DNA of 64,000 nt from a bacterium (GCA_020854115.1 JADZGC010000011.1:5057-69056), one strand, 5' to 3'; counted from the stretch's first letter, positions 45,936-56,741 are shown. Translations and numbers: made by a program. Notes: generated from the sequence alone by a model not told the origin.

Positions 45936-47005
45936 TCGAACGGCTGCACGAAAAAGACGAGGCCGTACTGCGTGACGTTCGACCTGATGTTGGTGATGTC
46001 GAAGAAAAACGTCTTGAGGAGACATTGAGACCTCGGAGCTTCGATCAATATGTTGGTCAGCGACAAGCTATCGATGCGCTCAAGGTAGCGATTGCGGCAG
46101 CAAAGCAACGAGGCGAGGCGCTCGATCACGTACTGTTGTATGGGCCCCCAGGACTCGGGAAGACCACCCTGGCGCACATTGTGGCAAATGAAATGGGTGC
46201 ACAGCTCAAAGTTACCTCAGGGCCAGCCATCGAGCGTGCTGGAGATCTGGCAAGCCTGCTGACGAATCTAAATGCCGGTGACATATTGTTTATTGACGAA
46301 ATTCACCGGCTTGGTCGGACGGTCGAAGAGATTCTGTATCCAGCAATGGAAGACTTCGCGATCGATATTATGCTTGGCAAAGGTCCGGCTGCTCAATCGT
46401 TGCGCCTTGACCTGCCCCGCATCACGATTATTGGTGCGACTACACGATATGGGACTTTGTCGAGCCCATTGCGTGATCGATTTGGCATTGTGCACCGGCT
46501 GGAATTCTATACACCGGTCGAAGTCGCTCAGATCCTGCGGCGCTCGTCCGATCTCTTACGTGTTCAGATACAAGACGATGCACTGGCGGTACTGGCAGAA
46601 CGTTCACGATTAACTCCGCGTATAGCGAACCGACTCATCAAGCGGGTGCGGGATTACGCAGAAGTGCACAATCGCGGTGTGGTGGATAGTGCGATGCTTG
46701 AAGCAGCCTTAAGCCTATTGGAGATCGATGAGCTCGGCCTTGATAGCTCTGACCGACGACTTTTGATCACATTGATCGAATACTATGATGGTGGACCAGC
46801 GGGCGTAGCAGCTCTGGCTGCAGCCCTGTCTGAGGAGCAGCAGACTATCGAAGATGTCATAGAACCATATCTCATTCAGATCGGGCTCTTGAAGCGGACG
46901 ACGCGGGGGAGAATGGCGAGCGAACGCGCTTGGCAGCATGTTGGCAAGACTCCAAAGTCGCCTCCAAAATCTTCTTCACAGGCCTCGCTCAATCTGGAAG
47001 AATAG
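45932..47005 (+). CDS. ruvB: Holliday junction DNA helicase RuvB
   Basis: [24 protein letters not shown]. Confidence 0.98.
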   Translation: MIERLHEKDEAVLRDVRPDVGDVEEKRLEETLRPRSFDQYVGQRQAIDALKVAIAAAKQRGEALDHVLLYGPPGLGKTTLAHIVANEMGAQLKVTSGPAIERAGDLASLLTNLNAGDILFIDEIHRLGRTVEEILYPAMEDFAIDIMLGKGPAAQSLRLDLPRITIIGATTRYGTLSSPLRDRFGIVHRLEFYTPVEVAQILRRSSDLLRVQIQDDALAVLAERSRLTPRIANRLIKRVRDYAEVHNRGVVDSAMLEAALSLLEIDELGLDSSDRRLLITLIEYYDGGPAGVAALAAALSEEQQTIEDVIEPYLIQIGLLKRTTRGRMASERAWQHVGKTPKSPPKSSSQASLNLEE

Positions 47006-47019
47006 AGTACACTAGTGCC

Positions 47020-47628
47020 ATGTCACACATGTTTCCAGGTCAAGATGATAGCGAAATAGTCCAGCGAGTAGTCTATAAGCATATTTTTTCGGTGCTCCCG
47101 TTTTTATTGGTAGCATTGTTATTGTTTTTTGTAGGTTTGTTCCTGGTGTATGCTGGCGCTGCCGATCTTATTAAGTTTCCTGTCACAGTGCTAAAAGGTC
47201 TGCCAGATAGCAGCTTTCAACTGCCATATGCTGCGATAGGGATGATATTTGTCGCCATGGCGGTGTTTTTGTGGTTGGCGAGTATATACGTCTGGCGCCA
47301 AAACCAAATGATATTGACCGATGAGAATGTTGTCGATGTTGATCAGCGCGGCATATTTCAAAAACATATCTCTACGCTACGTCTGAGCCGAGTCCAAGAT
47401 ATATCTGTGATTGTAAAGGGCCCCATGCAAACCATTTTTCGCTATGGCACTATACATATCCAGACTGCAGGAGCGGTGGAGAATTTTGAATTCGATTATG
47501 TACCTGATCCTTATGAGGTGAAGGCGTATATGGTGAATCTATTTGAGAAATTCGTAGAGAAGAAAAGGCATGAAGGGGACGGTACGCGCGATCGGACGCT
47601 TTCGGCACACGGTTCAGAAGAAGAGTAG
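47020..47628 (+). CDS. bacterial PH-domain membrane protein
   Basis: two TMs; LTDENV.DV.Q.GIF, VQDISV, YGTIHIQTAG. Confidence 0.8.
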   Translation: MSHMFPGQDDSEIVQRVVYKHIFSVLPFLLVALLLFFVGLFLVYAGAADLIKFPVTVLKGLPDSSFQLPYAAIGMIFVAMAVFLWLASIYVWRQNQMILTDENVVDVDQRGIFQKHISTLRLSRVQDISVIVKGPMQTIFRYGTIHIQTAGAVENFEFDYVPDPYEVKAYMVNLFEKFVEKKRHEGDGTRDRTLSAHGSEEE

Positions 47629-47721
47629 AGAGAACGTATAAAAGCGCTTGTGCTTTAAAGCGCTTACGCCTATAATCAGGCTTGTATTCATGCACTATTT
47701 ATTAAGGAGAAATCTCTCAAC

Positions 47722-48138
47722 ATGCAACTCTCACTTCGTCGACAAAAAGGGTTCACATTGCTCGAGCTCTTGATTGTCATTGTCATTATCGGTATCCTCA
47801 TTGCGCTTGTGCTGCCAAATCTTATTTCGGGACCAGCTCGCGCGCGTGATAGCAAGCGTAAGACCGACTTGCGCGATATCCGGAATGGTCTTGAGCAATA
47901 CTACAACGATAACTCAAGCTATCCAGCTGATCTCATCACACTCACCCAGGGCTCAACCCCATACGTGAAGTCGCTCGCCAAGGATCCAAAGACCGGCACA
48001 GACTATACCTACACCCCCTCACCATCAGGGGGCCCAACCTACTCAAGCTATGTCTTGCAGGCGACACTCGAGAACGCAAACGACAAGGATATCAAGTCGG
48101 GTACGACAGATACCTACGAAATCACTAACGCCCAGTAA
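47722..48138 (+). CDS. type IV pilin (GspG-like), probable major pilin
   Basis: KG/FTLLELLIVIVIIG with Glu5; strong AAGGAG SD; own terminator. Confidence 0.92.
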   Translation: MQLSLRRQKGFTLLELLIVIVIIGILIALVLPNLISGPARARDSKRKTDLRDIRNGLEQYYNDNSSYPADLITLTQGSTPYVKSLAKDPKTGTDYTYTPSPSGGPTYSSYVLQATLENANDKDIKSGTTDTYEITNAQ

Positions 48139-48157
48139 GTACTGGAATAAGAGATTA

Positions 48158-48191
48158 ATTCTAAAAGGCGCCTTATGGCGCCTTTTAGAAT
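48158..48191. terminator. 15-bp perfect hairpin after pilin
   Basis: attctaaaaggcgcc-ttat-ggcgccttttagaat. Confidence 0.85.
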
Positions 48192-48272
48192 AGAGGCCAT
48201 ATGTCATAAAAAGATGAAAAAGCTTGATACAATAGAAAGATAAGCATAGGCATTATATAAAATCTTCATGTT

Positions 48273-49346
48273 ATGAAGTTTCCACTTATCGAAAAACGAC
48301 AGCCAGTTTTTGGTCTTGATATCGGGTATAAAGAGGCTAAATTTGTGCAGGTTAAAAGTACTAAATCGGGGCACCGCTTGCTTGGTATGGGAGCTGCAGC
48401 ATTGAGTGACGGTATGGTGATCGATGGGGTGATTGCTGAACCAGAAGATCTCGCGCACGTTATAAATGCAAGTTTGCATCGGGCAGCTCGCGGCAAGATC
48501 ACTGCACGATCGGTTGTCATTGGCTTGCCGCAGTCGCATCTTTTTTCACGTATCATTACTACCCCTGCACTAGCCGAGGACAAATTGGCCGACGCCGTAT
48601 TATGGGAGGCTCAACAGTATATCCCGATGCCAGTCAACGACCTGTATACTGATCACCAGATAGTCGAGAGGCAAAAAGATGAATCTGGGATAGTGCATGA
48701 ATATGCTGTACTGTTGGTAGCGGCTCCGCGCTCGATTGTGGATAGCTATCTCAAGCTCTGTGATTTGGCGCATCTTGTGCCGCGGTCGATGGAGATGAGC
48801 TTAATGGCAAACATTCGAGCTCTACGACCAACTGTCGAGGAACAGACAGCGACATTGATAATCGACGCCGGTGCACTAGCTACCGATATGGCAATCGTGA
48901 CAGATACAATACGTGTAACGACTACGGTTAATATAGGCGGTGAGTCATTTACAAATGCGATTGCCACCAAGCTCAGGGTTACGTTTCACGAGGCGGAAGA
49001 GATGAAGATCAAATTTGGTATCACGCAATCTGACCTTCAGCCAAAGATTCGGGTAGCGTTGAGCACTCACCTCAAAAAGATCCTGCAAGAAATCACGAAG
49101 CTTATCAAATACTATGAGGAGCGTACAAAAGGTACCACGCGCTCAACTGTCAAGCGGATTATGATGACCGGAGGTAACTCGCGTATGCCTGGGTTGGCGC
49201 ATCTGATCTCGCATACGACGAATTTGCCGGTTGATATCTCAGCGGGGTGGGACCGCCATCCAACATCTGGTGTTGATGGTGTGCCAAAAAATCTCGGACC
49301 AATTTACAACACAGCATTTGGCCTCGCCTGTCGAGGGTGGGAGTAG
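48273..49346 (+). CDS. pilM: type IV pilus assembly protein PilM
   Basis: FGLDIG, WEAQQYIP, IDAG, TGG actin-like motifs. Confidence 0.92.
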   Translation: MKFPLIEKRQPVFGLDIGYKEAKFVQVKSTKSGHRLLGMGAAALSDGMVIDGVIAEPEDLAHVINASLHRAARGKITARSVVIGLPQSHLFSRIITTPALAEDKLADAVLWEAQQYIPMPVNDLYTDHQIVERQKDESGIVHEYAVLLVAAPRSIVDSYLKLCDLAHLVPRSMEMSLMANIRALRPTVEEQTATLIIDAGALATDMAIVTDTIRVTTTVNIGGESFTNAIATKLRVTFHEAEEMKIKFGITQSDLQPKIRVALSTHLKKILQEITKLIKYYEERTKGTTRSTVKRIMMTGGNSRMPGLAHLISHTTNLPVDISAGWDRHPTSGVDGVPKNLGPIYNTAFGLACRGWE

Positions 49347-49349
49347 TCG

Positions 49350-49907
49350 ATGATCGATCTATTGCCGCCGACTATCAAAACACATAAACATTATGCGTCA
49401 TTAAATCGGCGATTAGTGCGATTAATCCAAGTTGCTCTCAGTTTGGTGATTCTAGTGGTAGGAATCTTTGGAGCGAGCTGGTATTTCTTAGATAAGGCAA
49501 CTGTTACGGCTAATAGTGACCTTCAGGCAGCAAAAGAAAAATCAGCGGTGTACCAATCAATCGAAAAGGACGCCAAAGCCCTAGCCGACCGGCTCACGAG
49601 CATCGAGGCGGTACAAAATCAGCAGGCTCATTACACAAAGCTTTTACAAGAAGTGTCAAATACGTTGCCTGCTGGTGTATATATCTATTCTCTGCAGGTA
49701 AATAGCGCAAATCCGCCTACTATGCAGATAACAGCTTATGCCCAGACAAGTGAAGCGGTGGCGGCCTTCAAGCGGGCGCTCGAAGCCTCGCCGCGCTTCG
49801 GTGCAGCTGCTCTATCTGGCGTTGATCAAGACCGGGATCCGTATACAGGTCAGCCGACGAATCGCATCAATCTCCAAGTTGGGTTGAAGCCAGGAGCATT
49901 ACAATGA
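49350..49907 (+). CDS. pilN: type IV pilus assembly protein PilN
   Basis: IDLLP motif + TM + coiled coil. Confidence 0.85.
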   Translation: MIDLLPPTIKTHKHYASLNRRLVRLIQVALSLVILVVGIFGASWYFLDKATVTANSDLQAAKEKSAVYQSIEKDAKALADRLTSIEAVQNQQAHYTKLLQEVSNTLPAGVYIYSLQVNSANPPTMQITAYAQTSEAVAAFKRALEASPRFGAAALSGVDQDRDPYTGQPTNRINLQVGLKPGALQ

Positions 49908-50464
49908 AGTCGTCACGAGTACTATTCTTTGTGCTGATTGGGTTCTTGAGTGTCATTTTGCTCGCAGGGGGGTATGGATATGTGTGGGCACGACAAGCGC
50001 TGCTCGACAAAAAACAATCAGTCGAGAAGACGCATCTGGAAGTAATTGATGAACAGAAGCGCACAGAACAGCTCGTCACGCTGAGTCGTCGCTATACCGA
50101 AGCGAAAGCCAAGCTTGATGAAATCAATCGCGCCCTACCGCGCGACTCACAGCAGACCGAGATATTACTCGCTATCCAGAGTGCGGCAAATGAATCGGGC
50201 GTGCTCCTACCAAGTGTCCAATTCACAGGTGCAGCCCAACTGACGAATCCGCAGCTCAATCAAGCATCACCATCTCAGGGCTTCTATGTTGTGCCACTGA
50301 GCTTGAAGTTGAGTGGTGCATACGACCAGCTACAAACTTTCCTAGACAAACTTGAGCGTCTGAGCCGCTACAATTCCGTTTCGACACTCTCCCTGACGAA
50401 GACCTTAGCGGACAAGAATAAGCTCGACGTGTCGTTAACACTTAATGCATACTTAAAGCCATAG
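49904..50464 (+). CDS. pilO: type IV pilus assembly protein PilO
   Basis: TM, coiled coil, ALP, G.Y.QL..FL..LE.L.R. Confidence 0.85.
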   Translation: MKSSRVLFFVLIGFLSVILLAGGYGYVWARQALLDKKQSVEKTHLEVIDEQKRTEQLVTLSRRYTEAKAKLDEINRALPRDSQQTEILLAIQSAANESGVLLPSVQFTGAAQLTNPQLNQASPSQGFYVVPLSLKLSGAYDQLQTFLDKLERLSRYNSVSTLSLTKTLADKNKLDVSLTLNAYLKP

Positions 50465-50467
50465 CCT

Positions 50468-50776
50468 ATGAATCTAAATATGAAGCTCACACTCGATGGA
50501 AATATTGGCGCTCTCTTTAAAAAGATCGCAGCGCATCTTCATATTATGTTGGTAATATTCTTCTGTGGCGTACTGGCTTATAGTACCTACTTTGCCGTAA
50601 ATCTCTTCTATGCCAAAGATGATCTCGATACGCTAGCCAATCAACAGGCGACGAGTGAGCGCAGTAAGCAGATTCGCTTTAATGAGAAGACCCTTCAATC
50701 CCTGGATCAGCTCTTGCCGGCACGTAGTCAACCTAGTGTGCCAACGGGTGGTCGCACCAACCCGTTTAATCCATAA
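50468..50776 (+). CDS. small pilus-associated protein (PilP-position)
   Basis: TM and C-terminal GRTNPF; follows pilO. Confidence 0.65.
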   Translation: MNLNMKLTLDGNIGALFKKIAAHLHIMLVIFFCGVLAYSTYFAVNLFYAKDDLDTLANQQATSERSKQIRFNEKTLQSLDQLLPARSQPSVPTGGRTNPFNP

Positions 50777-50781
50777 GCTAG

Positions 50782-51993
50782 CTAAAACGATCCGGTTAGT
50801 TGGTAGAGCGGTCCGATGACAGAGATGATGATAAACCCAACTAGTGAGCCCATGATGATGAGCATCAAAGGCTCAATGACACTGGACAAATTCGCTACCA
50901 ATGAACTAACTTCCTTGTCATAGAAGTCAGCAAGCTTTTCGAGAATCTTCTCAAGCTCGCCGGTCTCTTCACCGACTGCAATCATTTCGGGGACTATCGA
51001 AGGAAAGACGTGACTTGTACTTAGGGCATGGGCGAGTGTAGATCCGTTCTTGACCCCACGGCTCACGCGGTGCATCTCATCGTGGATGACTAGATTCGTA
51101 ATTGAGTCGCCAACGACTTGCAGGGCTTCGAGCACTGGGATGCCCGAACCAAGCAATGATCCGAGCGTACGCGCAAAACGGGCAAGATTTATCTTGGTCA
51201 ATATTGCGGAGAGCACAGGAATCTTCAGCTCCAGCGCGTGGACTTGCTTGCGTGCCTTGCTATTTGCCTTGATGTATCGAAAGCCAGCAATAGCAGCCAC
51301 AACGAGACCTATCGCGATCATGAATCCATATCGCTGCGAAACCTTTGATATCTCGATCAGCAATTTCGTGTTCCATGGTAGATCTGTATTGATTTGATCA
51401 AAGACGGTAATTAGCTGCGGTACGACGACCGTCATAATAAAGGCAAACGAGAATATCATGACGCAGAAAATGAGACCCGGATAGACCATGGCTCCGCGGA
51501 CTTTGCTGATTAGCTCTGCGTCTTTTTCCATCTGGTCAGCTAGGCGCTCGAGGACCTGATCAAGGATACCGCCAATCTCACCGGCATGCACCATAGATAC
51601 ATATATTGGCGTAAAAATCTTGGGGTATTTCGCAAGACTTTGTGAGAGTGTCTTACCGCCCTCGACGTCTTTGCTTATATGTGTGAGTGCTGTCTTGAGT
51701 ATCGGGTTTTCAGTCTGTTTTTTAAGAACATTGATTGCTCGCACGATCGGAATGCCCGCGGAAATCATCGTGGCAAACTGGCGACTGAATAGAACCCGCT
51801 CGCGCATTGGCACTCCGCGCCTGATGTTCACTAAGTTTTTTGCGGCACGAATTTTGCCGGCAGACTCAATCGTGATGGGAGTTAAGTCCTTTGCAAATAG
51901 TCCATCTGCTACAGCCTTGCGAGACTCGGCTTCTTGTTCGCCGTCGAGTATGGCTCCACTGCGACTACGGGCTTGATAGCGAAAACGCTCCAT
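50782..51993 (-). CDS. pilC: type IV pilus platform protein PilC (GspF family)
   Basis: FSRQFATMISAGIP, AGEIGG.L, VGEETG.L, IEP. Confidence 0.94.
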   Translation of the reverse strand: MERFRYQARSRSGAILDGEQEAESRKAVADGLFAKDLTPITIESAGKIRAAKNLVNIRRGVPMRERVLFSRQFATMISAGIPIVRAINVLKKQTENPILKTALTHISKDVEGGKTLSQSLAKYPKIFTPIYVSMVHAGEIGGILDQVLERLADQMEKDAELISKVRGAMVYPGLIFCVMIFSFAFIMTVVVPQLITVFDQINTDLPWNTKLLIEISKVSQRYGFMIAIGLVVAAIAGFRYIKANSKARKQVHALELKIPVLSAILTKINLARFARTLGSLLGSGIPVLEALQVVGDSITNLVIHDEMHRVSRGVKNGSTLAHALSTSHVFPSIVPEMIAVGEETGELEKILEKLADFYDKEVSSLVANLSSVIEPLMLIIMGSLVGFIIISVIGPLYQLTGSF

Positions 51994-52009
51994 TATAATT
52001 GTCCTGTCA

Positions 52010-54058
52010 TTATTCGCGTGTGACGCGCATAATTTCTTCTATCGTAGTCAGCCCCTGCAAGGCTTTCGCAAAGCCGTCCTCTTGCATTGTGACCATGCCT
52101 TGCTTGACTGCCTGGGCTTGGATATCAGCTGAAGTGGCCTTGCTGGTGATGAGGTGAGCGATCTCGGTGGTAATATCGAGTACTTCGTAAATCCCCATGC
52201 GGCCGGTATAGCCCGTCATATCGCATTGAGGGCAACCGACAGCTCGGTAGAGTGTAACCTCTTGGGTGGTCGTAAAAGTTTTCGGGCTAGTGTCGGCTAC
52301 TGCAGGCGTGGCAGCTATTGGGGTTGGCGCGGCTCCGGGCTGAGGTATCTGGGTAGGAGGTGTCGGTAGATTGAACTCTTCGTCGAATGGATCATCAAAC
52401 GATGAAGCCTGATCATTCGACGGCCGATTGACGAGTGTGGGGTCGGCAGCGATTTTATCGAGGATACTGGTGCGTGACAGGTTGAGGTCTGCAGGCACAG
52501 GAATGACCTTGCGCGTTTCGCCGGTGTCTCGCACGCGCGGCTCTTCCGTAGGTTTTTGCACGGCAGGTGTTGGGCTGGTCGGCACGGCAGGCTGTGCCAT
52601 TAGCTCTGCGAAGTCGATTCCTTTTTCGATGCTGAAGTTTGTTCGTAGCTCTTGGAGCAGTTGGCCGGTAGCAGGGTATGCCTCGCGACACTGCGGGCAC
52701 AGTTTACGGACAAGCCGTTGTGCCACAACGGTATTGACGGTCGTCGAAATGAGAAATGGCTCGATCTGCATGTCTAGGAGGCGGGGTAGAGCAGTGGCGG
52801 CATTATTGGTGTGCAGTGTAGACAAGACGACATGACCGGTCAGTGCTGCCTGTACTGCGAGATTTGCTGTCTCGGAATCACGAATCTCTCCAACCATAAT
52901 GATGTTAGGGTCTTGGCGTAAGAGTGCGCGCAGTCCGTTTGCAAATGTCATGCCAGCCTGCGTGTTGACTTGTGTTTGGTTGGCTCCCGCGATACGGTAT
53001 TCGACGGGGTCTTCAATGGTGCTGATATTTACCCCCGGAGTATTGAGCTGGGTTAGTACAGAATAAAGAGTGGTAGATTTGCCGGCGCCGGTTGGCCCCG
53101 TCACGAGGGTCATCCCATGCGGCTGCTTCATGGCTTCATGTAGTGAGTTGAGTGCTTGATCAGCAAAGCCCAGCTCCTCAAGCGTGGCGGCTTTGGTAGT
53201 TTCATCGAGTAGACGCATAACAACCTTCTCGCCCTCCATAACAGGTAGTGTAGAGACACGAACGGCGATGGTCTTCGACCCAATGACGGCCTTAAATCTG
53301 CCGTCTTGTGGCAAGCGGTGCTCGTCTATCTTGAGATTTGCCATAATCTTGATGCGGCTTACAACGGCTGGCAGGAGTTGCTTCGGCAGGGTCATGGATT
53401 CTTTGAGGACGCCATCGATGCGGTAGCGGATTTGGACGATATTTTCGCGGGGCTCAATGTGGATGTCTGAGGCTCTGGCTTTCAAGGCTGATTCGAGGAC
53501 AATATTGACGGTTTTGGCAATCGGAGCGTCGCTAGTGAGTTCATCGGCCGACACATTCTCGGAGGCGGTAGCGGTCTTTTCGTTGCTTGAACTGTCCTTG
53601 ATGGCTTGATTAATCTCTGTATCAAGGCCGGCGCGGTATTGGTCGAGAACAGCCAAGATATCACTGGTGGTGGCGACGTTGATTTGTACCGCACCACCGA
53701 GCTGCTTCTCAATGGCGTCGATTGCCTGAATATCCTCAGGGTCGGCCATCGCCAGCTGCCACTTGGTGTTTTTTTGACCGAAGATGACAGCCTGGTAGCG
53801 TTTGGCGATACGCTCCGGGATTTTGATTAAGAGCTCGCGTGGGATTTTGACATTAGCCAGATTCACGTAGGGGAGACTGAGACTGGCGGCGTATTGAGCA
53901 ACGAGCTCACGCTCGCCAATCATACGGCGCTGAATCAATACCCGATCAAGCGGCTCGTTCGTCTGGGCAGCAATCGTCTCGGCTTGCTTCAACAGATCGG
54001 GGGAGAGTTTGCCGCTCTTGGTGAGCAGGGTTTTGAGGGCATCGGCTGAAATATGCAT
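52010..54058 (-). CDS. pilB: type IV pilus assembly ATPase PilB (GspE family)
   Basis: ASDIHIEP, GPTGAGKST, LRQDPN, GEIRD, TGH.V.STLH, two CPQC. Confidence 0.96.
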   Translation of the reverse strand: MHISADALKTLLTKSGKLSPDLLKQAETIAAQTNEPLDRVLIQRRMIGERELVAQYAASLSLPYVNLANVKIPRELLIKIPERIAKRYQAVIFGQKNTKWQLAMADPEDIQAIDAIEKQLGGAVQINVATTSDILAVLDQYRAGLDTEINQAIKDSSSNEKTATASENVSADELTSDAPIAKTVNIVLESALKARASDIHIEPRENIVQIRYRIDGVLKESMTLPKQLLPAVVSRIKIMANLKIDEHRLPQDGRFKAVIGSKTIAVRVSTLPVMEGEKVVMRLLDETTKAATLEELGFADQALNSLHEAMKQPHGMTLVTGPTGAGKSTTLYSVLTQLNTPGVNISTIEDPVEYRIAGANQTQVNTQAGMTFANGLRALLRQDPNIIMVGEIRDSETANLAVQAALTGHVVLSTLHTNNAATALPRLLDMQIEPFLISTTVNTVVAQRLVRKLCPQCREAYPATGQLLQELRTNFSIEKGIDFAELMAQPAVPTSPTPAVQKPTEEPRVRDTGETRKVIPVPADLNLSRTSILDKIAADPTLVNRPSNDQASSFDDPFDEEFNLPTPPTQIPQPGAAPTPIAATPAVADTSPKTFTTTQEVTLYRAVGCPQCDMTGYTGRMGIYEVLDITTEIAHLITSKATSADIQAQAVKQGMVTMQEDGFAKALQGLTTIEEIMRVTRE

Positions 54059-54193
54059 ATTCAGATACTATTTTAGCATAAGCAAGATTGTGAATGGGTG
54101 ATTGATGAAATAAACTGCATACGCTTTACTTTCGGTTTTGCGGCTATGTATGATGTTTGGCAATAACTAATATTTGAACAGGGGGATGTGCCT

Positions 54194-55495
54194 ATGAAGC
54201 GAGTAGTGGCCGTATGGAATATAGGTATTGTTGGATTGTTGAGTTTTATGCCACTTCAATCATTCGCCGTCGGGAGTCCGTCGCTGGTGATTCGTGAGGT
54301 TTATCTGGGTAGCCCAATCGATGCGACCGATGAATACGTGGTGATCCACAATAATAGCAATGATGTGGTTGATTTGCAGGGTGTGGAGTTAGAGTATAAG
54401 TCGGCGACTGGGAAGAGCTGGACTCGTAAGGCGTTCGTTGCCGATCCACTGTCCCTGTCTGGTCATAGCGACGCACTGTTTGCGACCAAGCGCGACCGTC
54501 AAGTTGCAATGAGCGATGGGTTAGCTCAGGCTGGTGGAAATCTGCATGTTACTGTGAATGGAGCAGTAATCGACCGGCTGGCTTGGGGTACTGGCGATAG
54601 TCCCGAGGGTGTATCCATCTCGGCACCAAAAGCTGGCATTGCCCTGGAGAGGGAGTGCTCGGATGATGATGGGGTCTGTGTTGACTCGGATAATAATAGT
54701 CAAGATTTTTCCGAAAAGTTAGTGGATGCATCTGCTTCTCAGGGGAATGTTCCGGTAAATAACCCTACTGGCACAGGTCAGCCTGGCAAAGGCAGTGTTG
54801 ATAGTGTGGTTATCGAAGATTATGCGATTGAAATCACGGAGCTATTGCCGGATCCAACAAGCCCACAGACTGATGCAAAGGACGAATTTATCGAGATATA
54901 CAACGCTGGATCAGGCACTGCCACATTGACAGGATGGAAGTTGTCGGATGGGAAACACTCTTTTTCACTTGACAGTGTGAACCTAGGCGCCGGTGAGTAT
55001 CGTGCATTGTATTCGCGCGATACGAAACTATCACTCAACAATGATGGCGATCAGATTTTGCTTTTGCGACCAAGCGGCGAGACGGAATTTATAACGCCGA
55101 ATTATGGTAAGGCGAAGACTGCCACGTCGTTTGGTGCGACCGAAACTGGCTGGGGATGGCTAGAGAGCGCAAGTCCAGGTAGTGTGAACGCGGGGTTAAG
55201 TCTTGACCAGAGCCCGAGTAAGGCGAAAACAAGCACGAGCAGCAAGTCTAAGGGAGGTGTTAAGAAGTCATCTGCCAAATCGGCAAGTGCAGCAAAGACC
55301 GGTAAGCTGGCAGATGGAGGTGTTCAGTCCGAGACGAATTCAGATGCTTCGGCTGAAGATCGACCAGGTGTCCCATGGTCATGGATACTAGCCGGATTGG
55401 GTTCTCTTACGGTAGGATATGGTGCATATGAATACAGACCAGAAATTCTTAGTTTCTTCACAAAGCTCCGAGCAAAGCTTGGCGCTGGGAAGTAA
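54194..55495 (+). CDS. secreted/anchored lamin-tail-domain protein (two LTDs)
   Basis: I.E......DEYV.IHN and ITELLPDP...DEFIEIYN...LNNDGD; C-terminal TM. Confidence 0.82.
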   Translation: MKRVVAVWNIGIVGLLSFMPLQSFAVGSPSLVIREVYLGSPIDATDEYVVIHNNSNDVVDLQGVELEYKSATGKSWTRKAFVADPLSLSGHSDALFATKRDRQVAMSDGLAQAGGNLHVTVNGAVIDRLAWGTGDSPEGVSISAPKAGIALERECSDDDGVCVDSDNNSQDFSEKLVDASASQGNVPVNNPTGTGQPGKGSVDSVVIEDYAIEITELLPDPTSPQTDAKDEFIEIYNAGSGTATLTGWKLSDGKHSFSLDSVNLGAGEYRALYSRDTKLSLNNDGDQILLLRPSGETEFITPNYGKAKTATSFGATETGWGWLESASPGSVNAGLSLDQSPSKAKTSTSSKSKGGVKKSSAKSASAAKTGKLADGGVQSETNSDASAEDRPGVPWSWILAGLGSLTVGYGAYEYRPEILSFFTKLRAKLGAGK

Positions 55496-55946
55496 GTTCG
55501 CAAGCATTCTGAAGCCTGGAGACGTAGTTAAGTTTATCGGCGATCTTGGTGGCGGTAAGACCACCTTTATCAAAGGGCTCGCGAAGGGGCTCGGCATCGA
55601 ACAAACTGTGACGAGCCCGACCTACAACATTCAGCGCTCCTACAAAATTCCTTCCGGAGGCACACTCGAACACTATGATCTGTACCGGCTAGGAGACGAC
55701 AAGGTTCTCTTACAAGAGATGAAAGAAATTATTGCTGCTCAGGATGCGATTATTGTGATCGAATGGGCGGATCATTTCACCCAACATCTCACACAAGATC
55801 GCTTCGTCATCAAGGCAGAATATATTGATGAGCAGACACGTCGGTATGAGCTTATAGCAACTGGAGAATCGACTGCTGCACGTTTGAGTACAATTAAAGC
55901 GCGCCTGGAGAGACTGTTCAATGATTCTTGCATTGCGTACGGATAA
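55428..55946 (+). CDS. tsaE: t6A biosynthesis ATPase TsaE
   Basis: GDLGGGKTT, TSPTY, HYDLYR, IEW. Confidence 0.94.
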   Translation: MNTDQKFLVSSQSSEQSLALGSKFASILKPGDVVKFIGDLGGGKTTFIKGLAKGLGIEQTVTSPTYNIQRSYKIPSGGTLEHYDLYRLGDDKVLLQEMKEIIAAQDAIIVIEWADHFTQHLTQDRFVIKAEYIDEQTRRYELIATGESTAARLSTIKARLERLFNDSCIAYG

Positions 55947-56313
55947 GCCGGAGGCCGAGCTATACCTCATCGATAACGCCGGGCATGGGGTGTCGAAGCA
56001 TACTTGGGAGGCGCATCGTCAGCTTGCTGGCACGCTCGTAAGTACTGTCCAGTCATTTTTGCACGCAAACGATCTTGAGGCTAGCAAGCTAACAGGTCTG
56101 GTTATTTTTACTGGCTCAGGATCGTTTACTGGGCTACGCATTGGTACGACGGTTGCAAACACACTCGCCTATGCACATGCCTTACCGATAGCTAGCGGTG
56201 AAGGAGATGATTGGCTTGCAGATGGGCTAAAACGATTACAGGCAGCTCAGCCGGGTCAGTACGCGACCCCGAAGTACGGCAAAGAGCCAAATATCACGAA
56301 GTCAAAAGCTTAA
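55921..56313 (+). CDS. tsaB: t6A biosynthesis protein TsaB (short form)
   Basis: GSGSFTGLRIG; follows tsaE. Confidence 0.88.
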   Translation: MILALRTDKPEAELYLIDNAGHGVSKHTWEAHRQLAGTLVSTVQSFLHANDLEASKLTGLVIFTGSGSFTGLRIGTTVANTLAYAHALPIASGEGDDWLADGLKRLQAAQPGQYATPKYGKEPNITKSKA

Positions 56314-56741
56314 TATTTCGTATCGAGGATCTTTTTCAATGCATCAAAGAAGTCTACTGGGCTTGACCAGGTTTCTTCTGCTGGATCAGACTTTGCAAAT
56401 TCATCAACCCCAATATAGTTCGTTTCGAAATACGACTTAAGGATTTCTACTGTGCTGAGTTTCGCGCGATATATGATCCATAATGCTTGCTGTTGATATG
56501 TGCGGTTGATAGCTGGCACGATCAGAATTGGCTGCGCTTCGATAACCGCATCGCATCCGAGCTCTTCACGTATCTCGCGTCGCAGTGCACTATGCAGATC
56601 CTCGCCCCATTCCAAGCCGCCGCCCGGCATATCCCAGCTGTCGCGTTCTCGCACAACAAGTAGTTGATTATGTTCGTTTGTGATAAGTGCTTTCACACTG
56701 ACTCGGTAATAGCAGTTTGGTACATCTGGGCCCATCTTCAT
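56310..56741 (-). CDS. NUDIX hydrolase
   Basis: PGGGLEWGEDLHSALRREIREELG. Confidence 0.88.
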   Translation of the reverse strand: MKMGPDVPNCYYRVSVKALITNEHNQLLVVRERDSWDMPGGGLEWGEDLHSALRREIREELGCDAVIEAQPILIVPAINRTYQQQALWIIYRAKLSTVEILKSYFETNYIGVDEFAKSDPAEETWSSPVDFFDALKKILDTKY

